Assembly: GCA_965230535.1 (NCBI GenBank)
Contig: OZ246010.1
Coordinates: forward strand, 48,637-112,636
Source: Parvicellaceae bacterium
GTDB lineage: Bacteria > Bacteroidota > Bacteroidia > Flavobacteriales_D > JAUILH01
Direction of reading: 5' to 3'
Length of the DNA stretch: 64,000 nt
This document shows, piece after piece, positions 18,380 through 26,953 of the stretch. Made by a program: the position numbers and the translations under genes. The notes beneath the pieces are model-generated. The model did not search any database. It was not told the origin of the DNA and worked only from the letters and a program-made list of their open reading frames with translations. Position 1 is the first letter of the stretch. The number at the start of each line of letters is the position of its first letter.

Positions 18380-18389
18380 GACTAAACTT

Positions 18390-19334
18390 ATGGAAGACGG
18401 AATTTATCAGGAACTCAAAGACAAGTATGACGCCATTGGTCAGAACGTGGACACACATTTGCGTGGACTTTTGCATTCAAAACCAATTACTTACTGGGAC
18501 TACATTCAAACAGATGCTCTGCTAAACCTGCAGACTCAACGCACCACTTTGCCAGACGAGATGGTATTTATCATGTACCATCAGATCAATGAGCTCATTT
18601 TTAAAATGATTCTTTGGGAAATCAAGCAGGTCGCCTTCAACGAGCAACTAACTACTCAGTTTTTCGCACAAAGACTGGACAGAATCAGTCGTTATTTCGA
18701 CATGCTATCCTCTTCATTCGAAATTATGGGAGAAGGCATGGAAGTGGCGCAATACATGAAATTCCGAGACACCTTAACCCCTGCAAGTGGTTTTCAAAGT
18801 GCACAGTATCGCATGGTTGAGTTCGCTTCAACCGAGCTCATCAACTTGATAGATATTCGTTTCAGAGCCACAATTGACAGGAATACACCATTTTCTCATG
18901 CCTACGATCATTTGTATTGGCAGGCGGCTGGAAAAGACCACAAAACCGGAGAGAAATCAACACTCATTCAATTATTTGAAGAGCGCTACATGGATGATTT
19001 CATCACCTTCATGAAGACTTATAACACCCTCAACTTGTGGTCGAAATTCAAATCCCTACCAGATGCCGACCAACAAGATGTTGACCTGAGAAACGCCATG
19101 CGCCACTACGACCATACAGTAAACGTACTTTGGGTAATGGCCCACTTCAATGCTGCTGCCAAGTATCTGGATAGTGGTGAAGAAGAAGCGGAAGCTACTG
19201 GTGGTAGCGACTGGAAAAAATACATGCACCCTAAATATCAGAAACGCGTATTCTTCCCGGAACTCTGGTCAAAGGAAGAACTTGACAACTGGGGAATCAC
19301 GAATCTCGAAGGACACAAAATCTTAGAACACTAA
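18390..19334 (+). CDS. kynA: tryptophan 2,3-dioxygenase
   Basis: '[14 protein letters not shown]...[22 protein letters not shown]' matches the conserved TDO N-terminal helices. Confidence 0.8.
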   Translation: MEDGIYQELKDKYDAIGQNVDTHLRGLLHSKPITYWDYIQTDALLNLQTQRTTLPDEMVFIMYHQINELIFKMILWEIKQVAFNEQLTTQFFAQRLDRISRYFDMLSSSFEIMGEGMEVAQYMKFRDTLTPASGFQSAQYRMVEFASTELINLIDIRFRATIDRNTPFSHAYDHLYWQAAGKDHKTGEKSTLIQLFEERYMDDFITFMKTYNTLNLWSKFKSLPDADQQDVDLRNAMRHYDHTVNVLWVMAHFNAAAKYLDSGEEEAEATGGSDWKKYMHPKYQKRVFFPELWSKEELDNWGITNLEGHKILEH

Positions 19335-19344
19335 AAACAAACAT

Positions 19345-20295
19345 ATGGCTACAATTCAAGAAGATCAGGACAAGTTAGCTCAGTTTGAAGCCAAAATTGA
19401 AGCTGAACTTAAAATCGAACCAAAAGACTGGATGCCGCAACAATATCGGGAGCATCTGATTCGACAGATGTCGCAACACGCCCATTCTGAAGTGATAGGC
19501 ATGCAACCTGAAGGCAATTGGATCTCTCGTGCACCGAGCATTAGAAGCAAGAAAATCTTACTTGCTAAAATCCAGGATGAAGGCGGACACGGACTTTACC
19601 TCTACTCTGCCGCAGAGACACTGGGCGTTTCCAGAGATCAATTCATTAAATGGCTACACGAAGGCAAAGCCAAATACTCCAGCATCTTTAACTACCCGAG
19701 TTTAAACTGGGCAGACATTGGCGCAATTGGTTGGCTGGTTGATGGCGCTGCCATTGTTAACCAGGTTTCCCTTCAAAGAACGTCTTACGGTCCTTATTCA
19801 AGAGCAATGGTAAGAATTTGTAAGGAAGAAAGCTTTCACCAAAGACAAGGCTACGAGATCATGTGTAAAATGATGAATGGCACCAAAGAACAACAAGCCA
19901 TGGCACAAGATGCGATTGACAGGTGGTGGTGGCCTTCATTGATGATGTTTGGTCCGAACGACAATGACTCTCCAAGATCTGCACTGGCCATGAAATGGAA
20001 AATTAAGCGTGAATCTAACGACCGTTTGAGACAGAAATTCATCAACAAAACGATTCCACAAGCAGAATTTATTGGCTTAAAAGTTCCTGACAACAATCTA
20101 TCCATCAACGAGAACGGAGATTACAACTTTAGCCCGATTAACTGGGAGGAATTCTACCAGGTGATTAAAGGAAACGGACCTTGCAACAAGCAGCGACTCA
20201 ATCACCACATTCGTGCACACGAGAACGGACACTGGGTTCGAGAAGCTTGTGACGCTTACCAACAACAATTAAAATCATTAGAACTAACCGCATAA
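19345..20295 (+). CDS. paaA: 1,2-phenylacetyl-CoA epoxidase subunit A
   Basis: Di-iron ferritin-like 'QDEGGHG' and 'EESFHQRQG' motifs. The gene order paaA-paaB-paaC supports the call. Confidence 0.85.
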   Translation: MATIQEDQDKLAQFEAKIEAELKIEPKDWMPQQYREHLIRQMSQHAHSEVIGMQPEGNWISRAPSIRSKKILLAKIQDEGGHGLYLYSAAETLGVSRDQFIKWLHEGKAKYSSIFNYPSLNWADIGAIGWLVDGAAIVNQVSLQRTSYGPYSRAMVRICKEESFHQRQGYEIMCKMMNGTKEQQAMAQDAIDRWWWPSLMMFGPNDNDSPRSALAMKWKIKRESNDRLRQKFINKTIPQAEFIGLKVPDNNLSINENGDYNFSPINWEEFYQVIKGNGPCNKQRLNHHIRAHENGHWVREACDAYQQQLKSLELTA

Positions 20296-20306
20296 AACGA
20301 AATATC

Positions 20307-20594
20307 ATGACAGATACACAAGGAGAACTTTGGGAAGTATTTATTCAATCAAAACCCGGCCTACCCTACAAACATGCCGGTAGCGTTCATGCTTACGATA
20401 AAGAAATGGCCATTCAAAACGCCCGTGATTTGTACACGAGACGAAATGAAGGCACGGGACTTTGGGTCGTTAAAAGTGCAGACATAGTGTCTGTTCAGGC
20501 TGGTGACGAAGGCGAATTCTTTGATCCTGCAGACGATAAAATCTATCGTCATCCAACATTTTACGACATCCCTAAAGGTGTTACCCACATGTAA
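20307..20594 (+). CDS. paaB: 1,2-phenylacetyl-CoA epoxidase subunit B
   Basis: 95 aa. 'WEVFIQSKPGLPYKHAGSVHA...A...AR' is typical of PaaB. Confidence 0.85.
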   Translation: MTDTQGELWEVFIQSKPGLPYKHAGSVHAYDKEMAIQNARDLYTRRNEGTGLWVVKSADIVSVQAGDEGEFFDPADDKIYRHPTFYDIPKGVTHM

Positions 20595-20599
20595 AAGCA

Positions 20600-21358
20600 A
20601 TGATTATGGAAGATTTATTATTTAAATACTGTTGCAGACTGGGTGATAACGCACTTGTCCTGAGCCACAGATTGGGAGAATACTCGTCTCACGGACCGTT
20701 TCTTGAAGAAGATTTAGCCATTACCAATGTCGCTTTAGATTTGATTGGTCAGTGCGAGTCCATTCTAAAATATGCCGGACAGGTTGAAAACAAAGGTCGA
20801 ACCGAAGACGATTTGGCCTACAGAAGACCGGAAAGAGAATTTTTGAATTGCCAGTTGGTTGAGCAGGCAAACACAGATTTTGCCTACATCATGTTGCGTC
20901 AGTTTTTTATGGACGTATATCACTTGTACTTATACGAAGGCTTGATGGATAGCAGTGATGAGACATTGAGAGCCATTGCCGGCAAGTCGATTAAAGAAGT
21001 GAAATACCACGTGAGAAGAAGCCATGACTGGATGATTCGATTAGGAAATGGCACAGAAGAAAGTCGTACAAGACTACAAAATGCCATTAATGACCTTTGG
21101 GTGTATACCGGAGAATTGTTTGAAAGTGATGAAGTTGAAAACGAATTGGTGAGTTTGGGTGTTGCAGCTGATCCTGAAACCATCAAATCGAACTGGGACA
21201 AACTCGTTAGTGAGACAATGAGGGAAGCCAAAATAACCATTCCGGACAATTCTTACATGGCCACTGGTGGCCGAAACGGGATCCATACCGAGCATTTGGG
21301 TTATTTAATTGCCCAAATGCAGTTTTTACCTACATCTTACCCTGACGCCAAGTGGTAA
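20600..21358 (+). CDS. paaC: 1,2-phenylacetyl-CoA epoxidase subunit C
   Basis: 'RLGDNALVLSHRLGEYSSHGPFLEEDLAITNVALDLIGQ' is typical of PaaC (PaaI in older nomenclature). Confidence 0.8.
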   Translation: MIMEDLLFKYCCRLGDNALVLSHRLGEYSSHGPFLEEDLAITNVALDLIGQCESILKYAGQVENKGRTEDDLAYRRPEREFLNCQLVEQANTDFAYIMLRQFFMDVYHLYLYEGLMDSSDETLRAIAGKSIKEVKYHVRRSHDWMIRLGNGTEESRTRLQNAINDLWVYTGELFESDEVENELVSLGVAADPETIKSNWDKLVSETMREAKITIPDNSYMATGGRNGIHTEHLGYLIAQMQFLPTSYPDAKW

Positions 21359-21380
21359 GCGGTAGCCAATTATGAAAAAG

Positions 21381-21410
21381 AAAAGCTCAATCGGAAGGTT
21401 GGGCTTTTTT
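21381..21410 (+). terminator. rho-independent terminator of paaC (copy 1 of an inverted pair)
   Basis: aaaaGCTCAATCggaaGGTTGGGCtttttt. The stem is fully paired on the + strand RNA through two G:U wobbles. Confidence 0.7.
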
Positions 21411-22191
21411 ATTTGAATCTTTTTAGTCTGCGAAGATTTGGCAGTAAATCGTTCTTCGTTATACTATACGCTGCATTTGTACAGACAACACCTATAAAGG
21501 TTAATACTATCACAGTAATCACTTCTCCATATCCCCCAGTCCAATCTATTATACTCTCTATACTTCCCCAGAAAAGAATAAACGCAAAAAATCCCGCGAA
21601 CAAAATTCCAAGAGAGGCATGAAATACTTCTTTTCTCACCTGACCAATATTGATCGTTACCTTTCTCAAATTATACACTCTATGCGAAAAGCTAATAGAA
21701 TCAGCGACAAATTCTATCATTTCTTCCTCATCAAAAGATTCTAATTCAGAGTGCCCTTGAGTATCTTCTATCAGAGCTTCAAATCGGACATTTTCATTTC
21801 TTTTAAATAGATCCCAGTAAAACGTAACTGAATTCTTTTCTTTGTCCAGGGTGGCCTCTATGATCTTATCATTGTTTATTAATCTAAATTCAACCCACCT
21901 CAAATTATCAGGTAACTCGGCGTTGACATTTTTGACGATATCCCTTTCGATCATATCCTTATTACTAGCGTTCCTTATCTCCACCTGAAAGAAAATTAAG
22001 TTTTTCTCAATTTCATTATTGTTATAAAAGACCTTGATATTATATTCACCAAGACTTGACAGATTCCTTGTCAACAAAGGAATGGCCTTCGTTATTTTAC
22101 AATCTATTCGAACTCCATTCTTATCACGTAAAGACAGTGAAATTCCAAAAAGCTTTAAAAGCCACTCTATTGCTCCAACAATTACATCCAT
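21409..22191 (-). CDS. orphan hypothetical protein with two C-terminal TM helices
   Basis: 260 aa with a soluble N-terminal region, then 'ASLGILFAGFFAFILFWGSI' and 'VITVIVLTFIGVVCTNAAY'. The gene is AT-rich and sits between inverted terminator copies. Confidence 0.55.
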   Translation of the reverse strand: MDVIVGAIEWLLKLFGISLSLRDKNGVRIDCKITKAIPLLTRNLSSLGEYNIKVFYNNNEIEKNLIFFQVEIRNASNKDMIERDIVKNVNAELPDNLRWVEFRLINNDKIIEATLDKEKNSVTFYWDLFKRNENVRFEALIEDTQGHSELESFDEEEMIEFVADSISFSHRVYNLRKVTINIGQVRKEVFHASLGILFAGFFAFILFWGSIESIIDWTGGYGEVITVIVLTFIGVVCTNAAYSITKNDLLPNLRRLKRFK

Positions 22192-22287
22192 AATAATTCT
22201 TTAGTTAAAGATCAACTGTCTTAACATAACTTGCTTCACCGAAAACCATGATTCTCTTCCTCCCTTAAAACCGTTAAAACACTATAC

Positions 22288-22323
22288 AAAAAAGCCCAAC
22301 CGTATAAACGATTGAGCTTTTTT
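22288..22323 (-). terminator. rho-independent terminator of the usp gene (copy 2, inverted)
   Basis: The minus strand reads aaaaaaGCTCAATCgtttatacGGTTGGGCtttttt, with the same arms as 21381-21410. Confidence 0.65.
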
Positions 22324-22344
22324 AGTCGACTTACCTTTAAAATC

Positions 22345-23169
22345 CTAACCCTCTTTCAGCACCAGCAAAGGCAAATCTGTGTGCATACTTAGTTTCCTGG
22401 ACAAACTTCTGTGCAGAAGATTCCCAAAGAAACCGTAGTCACGAGCGATGACTACTAAGAGGTCAGCTTGTATCTCGTGGCAGAAGTCCAGTATATCGTC
22501 TTCCGCTTCTGTGATTTTTCTAAAATGAAATTCCGGCTCTCTGTTTTTGAACAGACCGGTAATTCTTGAAATTTCCTGTTCACTTTCTTCCTGATGCAGA
22601 TCTTTTGTCAACAGGTTTAGAATGTGCACGTCCAGATCCATGGCGTTTACAGCCTCATAAATCGTTTCCAGAGATTCAGAACTTTCCAATTCCTTCAGAT
22701 CACTGGCAAACACCACTTTATTGGTATGACCAATCTTACAATCGTTTGGCACCAGCAGAACCGGCTTTTTAATAGACTGCATGATGTTAGAGGCATTACT
22801 TCCCAGTACATGTTCCGTAATTCCGGTAGCTCCGGTTGTTCCGATTACCAATAAATCAACGCCATGTTCCTCAATAATTCTGTCTATGGTCGTTAACAAA
22901 GTTCCCTGCACCACATTGGATTTGATGTTTGCGCCCGGAAATTGAGCTTTCATCTTCTCAACGCATTCGTCCATCTCTTCATGACGGTCCTTACTCATGA
23001 TCGCCTCCAGATCGGTGGTCATCACGCCTCCGGCATATCTCAGTTTGTAGGTATGCAGAAACTCAAAACTCTCCGCTTTGTCGGCAAAGGTTTTCAGTGC
23101 GTATTCGGCCGCTTTGGTGGCATTCTCCGAAAAATCCGTAGGAATCAATATCTTTTTAAATCCGCTCAT
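22345..23169 (-). CDS. tandem-domain universal stress protein (UspA family)
   Basis: 'KKILIPTDFSENA' and ATP motif 'VIGTTGATGITEHVLGSNA'. A second Usp module follows. Confidence 0.8.
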   Translation of the reverse strand: MSGFKKILIPTDFSENATKAAEYALKTFADKAESFEFLHTYKLRYAGGVMTTDLEAIMSKDRHEEMDECVEKMKAQFPGANIKSNVVQGTLLTTIDRIIEEHGVDLLVIGTTGATGITEHVLGSNASNIMQSIKKPVLLVPNDCKIGHTNKVVFASDLKELESSESLETIYEAVNAMDLDVHILNLLTKDLHQEESEQEISRITGLFKNREPEFHFRKITEAEDDILDFCHEIQADLLVVIARDYGFFGNLLHRSLSRKLSMHTDLPLLVLKEG

Positions 23170-23181
23170 CTCAATTCTTGT

Positions 23182-23559
23182 TTAGTGTTCTCTCTCCAGC
23201 GAACGGTTATTCTGCTCTTCCAATGTCCAACTGTCGGTCACAGTCGTTTCCAGCCACACATCTCCGGACTTTCTAAAAACCTGAACGTGTAAACCATAAT
23301 TCGTTTCAAAGGCTTCTTCCAAACTAGACACCGACATATCCGGAGCCACTTTTAAAGACCCTTCTGTATGATTGTTTCTCACTGAGCCAAGTGTCAGTTC
23401 GGGCGAGATCATATCATTCTTGTGAGAACCTTCGCCATCCTCATGTGCTTTAGAAAAAAACTCAAGTTTTAATTGAGAAAAGATCCCGTTAAACTGCTCT
23501 TGAATTTCTGAGATTTTAAGATCATCTGATAATGTTAGTTCTGTTGTATTTGTGCTCAT
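23182..23559 (-). CDS. hypothetical protein
   Basis: 125-aa ORF 12 nt upstream of usp on the same strand. No recognisable motif. Confidence 0.5.
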   Translation of the reverse strand: MSTNTTELTLSDDLKISEIQEQFNGIFSQLKLEFFSKAHEDGEGSHKNDMISPELTLGSVRNNHTEGSLKVAPDMSVSSLEEAFETNYGLHVQVFRKSGDVWLETTVTDSWTLEEQNNRSLEREH

Positions 23560-23706
23560 AGTACTTGTTTTGTACCAAAGTTCACAAATGGGCCTGGGGA
23601 ATTATATGACGGGAGTCAGGGTTTTGGGTGATGTTTGTTAGGGGGATATATCCCAATCTATGTCAGATATAACTGTTATAATATCCGAAACCTAATCTCC
23701 ATAGAC

Positions 23707-25311
23707 CTACTTTGTGTTTGCATGCGAGATCTCATTTTCAGAAAATTCCATTTCCTTATGAAATTTGCTCCAAATATTTGCTCCCTGTTGAGCTATCCTA
23801 TCATCAAGGTTAATTTCCTTCATACATTCATTTGCCTTATGTATGTAACTAAGGTAGTTCCCCCAATCGTATCTTTTGTAAACAATTAATTTCTCTTCTG
23901 AAGACTCCTTTTCCGTGTGTATTATTTTTCTTTTGGCACCCCTACTAGTGAATTTCTTGTACAATCTTGATTTGAAAATCCTTTTACTAGCATTAGTTGG
24001 CTTAGAAGCATAATAAGTAGATCTTCTAAATGAACGTTTCATGTTCCTATAAAACTTAGAAAAACCAGAAGTCTTAATTAAAACTCCATCTCCATTGAAT
24101 TCAAATCCCAAATACTCTAGTTGCTTATTTTCATTAACAACTCCACTTTTCACCAAACCTCCAGTCAGTTTCCCTTTCTCTAAACAATAGCGATAAATTT
24201 TCTGTTTTTCCTTTTGGATATCAAGATTAACTGTATTGGTTATTTGGTCTTGCAGAAGTTTGATAAAATACTCCTCGTCGACTTGATCGCAAACTATTAT
24301 GATATCATCACTATATCTCTGATAGAATGCATTCTTCCTTAAAGCCTTATCAAAAACCTTTTCATCAAAATCTATCATGTAGATATTTGCCAAAGTAGCA
24401 CTCATAGGTGTACCTTGTGGTATTCCCTTTCTGACACAACTCTCCTTACCTTTACACCTGCTGTGCTGATGACTGCATTTTTTTTCTGCTCGAATCAAGT
24501 CTGTTGATGTTCTGAAAAAATCAGATTTACTACAAAAAGCAACAACATTTTCCTTACGCATGAATCGCATTTTCTTAAGACTGATATTTCTCAATCGCTT
24601 CCTTTTGTTATTCCCTGGAACTCCTCTTTCAGCGATGAGCTTATGTTTAAAACGATTGAATAAATCTTTTTCATTTACAAACCTTTTAACCACAAGGCTT
24701 TTATATACATTATAGTGATCTTTTGGAAGCCTTACACAATGATCTCCTAGAATCTTTTCCCAATTGCGCTTCAAGATATCATGATCTAGGTTATCGAAAA
24801 AAGAGGTTATATCAGATATCACTATAGACAATCTTCTATTCTGATTATTTTGTATGAATTTAAAAGAGTCTCTTGCGAACTCTATGTTACACTTGCATTT
24901 TTTACTCTTCTCTTTTATTGGGATTTTACGATAAGCCACAGCAGAGACAGAATAGTCCTTGTCCTTCATATACCTTTCATACAGCTTATTTAACTGAAAT
25001 TGATAGTAGCTGTACACCATAGCATCAAGGTGGGAAGCATAAAACAAAGGTCTTTCCTTAGGTGACTTTGCTTCTCGATTTCGTTTTCCTATAGCTTCCG
25101 GTTTAGGTTTAGGGATAGCTCTGAACTTTCTCTGGTACTTTGTCCTATGTAATAAGGGGGTAAATTTATGTTTGGCTATTTTATTTTCATTGGTAACATA
25201 GCTTATTATTTTGTATTTATCTTTTCGCGTAAGTGGATGCCCTATATGTGGGTATTTCTTGAACTTTAACCATTCAGGAACAGAATCGTATTTCTTACTC
25301 TTATTTTTCAT
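23707..25311 (-). CDS. stand-alone reverse transcriptase (UG/Abi-like, unclassified)
   Basis: RT motif A 'ISDITSFFDNLDH', motif B 'GIPQGTPMSATLANIYM', motif C 'YQRYSDDIIIVCD', motif 7 'LEYLGFEF'. About 100 aa are inserted between motifs A and B. The C-terminal ~140 aa is basic. Start moved to ATG 25311 (MKNKSKKYD). Confidence 0.85.
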   Translation of the reverse strand: MKNKSKKYDSVPEWLKFKKYPHIGHPLTRKDKYKIISYVTNENKIAKHKFTPLLHRTKYQRKFRAIPKPKPEAIGKRNREAKSPKERPLFYASHLDAMVYSYYQFQLNKLYERYMKDKDYSVSAVAYRKIPIKEKSKKCKCNIEFARDSFKFIQNNQNRRLSIVISDITSFFDNLDHDILKRNWEKILGDHCVRLPKDHYNVYKSLVVKRFVNEKDLFNRFKHKLIAERGVPGNNKRKRLRNISLKKMRFMRKENVVAFCSKSDFFRTSTDLIRAEKKCSHQHSRCKGKESCVRKGIPQGTPMSATLANIYMIDFDEKVFDKALRKNAFYQRYSDDIIIVCDQVDEEYFIKLLQDQITNTVNLDIQKEKQKIYRYCLEKGKLTGGLVKSGVVNENKQLEYLGFEFNGDGVLIKTSGFSKFYRNMKRSFRRSTYYASKPTNASKRIFKSRLYKKFTSRGAKRKIIHTEKESSEEKLIVYKRYDWGNYLSYIHKANECMKEINLDDRIAQQGANIWSKFHKEMEFSENEISHANTK

Positions 25312-25670
25312 GGTACAAACAGGGACTGGTCTCGGCACGCTATTATGTTAATACATGCTAATTTGCTACTTCTGTTACACATAGGTAGCGCCGATCTTTT
25401 TTAGAATAATGTTACTATCTTTATATACAATGATGCATAATTCAGACATAACGGTCTTAATCCTCAGTCTCCATAGGACCTCCCTAAATTGGTTGTCCAA
25501 GATTTGGAAAACTGGAATTCACCTACACACGTCAGCAGACTTAGTCTCTGCGCGTGATACACAAGAGTGCACTATTTAAAAAACGTACTAACCAGTCTTC
25601 CCAGTCCCTTTTCTTTTTACACTTGATATTTTCTAAGACAAGTATTAATTTCTATTGTGTGCAAGCTAGA
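25312..25670 (-). ncRNA. candidate RT-associated non-coding RNA region (hypothetical)
   Basis: No ORF of 60 aa or more between the helicase stop (25736) and the RT start. A TAnnTTTG-type -7 box (TAGTTTTG on the minus strand) sits at 25677-25684. A long-range 9-bp complementarity pairs 25600-25608 with 25321-25329. No expression evidence. Confidence 0.3.
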
Positions 25671-25735
25671 AATAATCAAAACTAATGACATCCCAGAAAA
25701 CCATGATTTACATTCTCCCTGATTTCCCCAAAAAA

Positions 25736-26854
25736 CTACATCTTCCTTATCATAATCCCCAGCTTCTTGCCCAAACTATGAATATAATTCACTTCTGAGG
25801 CTGTGATGAGAGCCAAAGACAAGCCCTCCTTCCCTGCTCTGGCGGTTCTACCACTTCTGTGGGTGTAGTTTTCTTCTTTTTCTGGTAATTGGTGATGGAT
25901 GACAAAGCCGAGTTCTTTGACGTCAATTCCGCGGGCTGCCACATCTGTTGCAACGAGCACATCAATGGTTTCGTTGACAAACATACGCATCACTTTGTCT
26001 CTCTCTTTCTGCAATAAATCTCCATGAATGGCTCCGGCTTTGATGTTTTTGGCTTTTAACTGACTGGCCAGTTTTTGAGCCCCTTTCTTGGTTCTGCAGA
26101 AAATAACACCTCTGTCGCCAGACCTGCTTTTAAGAAAACGGACTATGATGTGGAGTTTGTCGTCGATCTGGCATTCTACATACCTGTGTTCAATGTTTTT
26201 ATTGACGAGATTTTTCTTGTCTACGTGCACTCTGATGGCGCCTTTACCAATGTGTCGTTGAATGAGTTCATTGATTTCTGCCGGAAGCGTGGCTGAGAAC
26301 AGCCAAACATGTCTATCGGTTTTAATCAGTTCCATGATGTGATCGATTTCTGCTTTGAATCCCATATTCAGCATCTCATCTGCTTCATCGAGCACCACAG
26401 TTTGAATGTGACTGAAGTCTATGGCGTTCTTGTTATACAAGTCGATCAATCTACCTGGTGTGGCTACCACAACCTGCGTTGGTCTTTTCAAAGCATTGAT
26501 CTGGTTGAGAATGTGAGCGCCTCCGTAAACCGCTTCACAAAACACTTTTTTAGGCAAGTACTTGGTGAATTTGAAAATCTGTTTGGAGATCTGAAGTCCC
26601 AATTCCCTTGTAGGTGTGATAATCAAAGCCTGAACGTGTTTATTATCCGGATCAATGTTCTGAATAATCGGGAGTCCGAAAGCAGCTGTCTTCCCCGTTC
26701 CGGTTGGTGCCTGAGCCACAAAATCTACGGCAGAGTCCAGCAAATCCGGAATAGATTTCTCCTGAATTTCGGTTGGGCTTTTAATCCCAATCTCAGTCAG
26801 GGCCTGTCTTAGTTCCTTATTAATTCCAAGTTCTCTGAAAGTGCTCATAGACAA
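25736..26854 (-). CDS. DEAD-box ATP-dependent RNA helicase
   Basis: Motif I 'AQAPTGTGKT', motif II 'VLDEADEML', motif III 'SAT', motif VI 'HRSGRTARAG'. Confidence 0.9.
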   Translation of the reverse strand: MSMSTFRELGINKELRQALTEIGIKSPTEIQEKSIPDLLDSAVDFVAQAPTGTGKTAAFGLPIIQNIDPDNKHVQALIITPTRELGLQISKQIFKFTKYLPKKVFCEAVYGGAHILNQINALKRPTQVVVATPGRLIDLYNKNAIDFSHIQTVVLDEADEMLNMGFKAEIDHIMELIKTDRHVWLFSATLPAEINELIQRHIGKGAIRVHVDKKNLVNKNIEHRYVECQIDDKLHIIVRFLKSRSGDRGVIFCRTKKGAQKLASQLKAKNIKAGAIHGDLLQKERDKVMRMFVNETIDVLVATDVAARGIDVKELGFVIHHQLPEKEENYTHRSGRTARAGKEGLSLALITASEVNYIHSLGKKLGIMIRKM

Positions 26855-26894
26855 AATTTAGAGCACAAAGCTAGTTCATTTAAAGCAGCTCCAT

Positions 26895-26930
26895 AAAAAA
26901 AGTCGCTCCTCAATTTGAGAAACGACTTTT
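26895..26930 (-). terminator. terminator of the T9SS adhesin gene
   Basis: The minus strand reads aaaaGTCGtttCTCAAatTTGAGgagCGACttttttt. Confidence 0.55.
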
Positions 26931-26953
26931 CATCTAATCAGGTAAGGGAAGAA

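Noticed and set aside
23635-23889. An 84-aa plus-strand ORF at the 3' end of the RT
   Set aside because: It is antisense to the RT C-terminus and runs into the intergenic palindrome gggatatatccc (23643-23654). It is an AT-rich spurious ORF.
23560-25735. The RT as a group II intron, retron or DGR component
   Set aside because: Group II intron is unlikely: there is no X/maturase or En domain, motif C is YSDD rather than YADD, only ~420 nt lie upstream and ~150 nt downstream, and I found no domain V-like hairpin. Retron is unlikely: the retron-typical NAxxH and VTG motifs are absent, and the protein is larger than typical retron RTs. DGR is unlikely: no template/variable repeat pair or accessory gene is visible. 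None of this was verified with profile searches.
26309-26812. A 167-aa plus-strand ORF
   Set aside because: It is antisense to the DEAD-box helicase gene, whose motifs are unambiguous. It is a shadow ORF.
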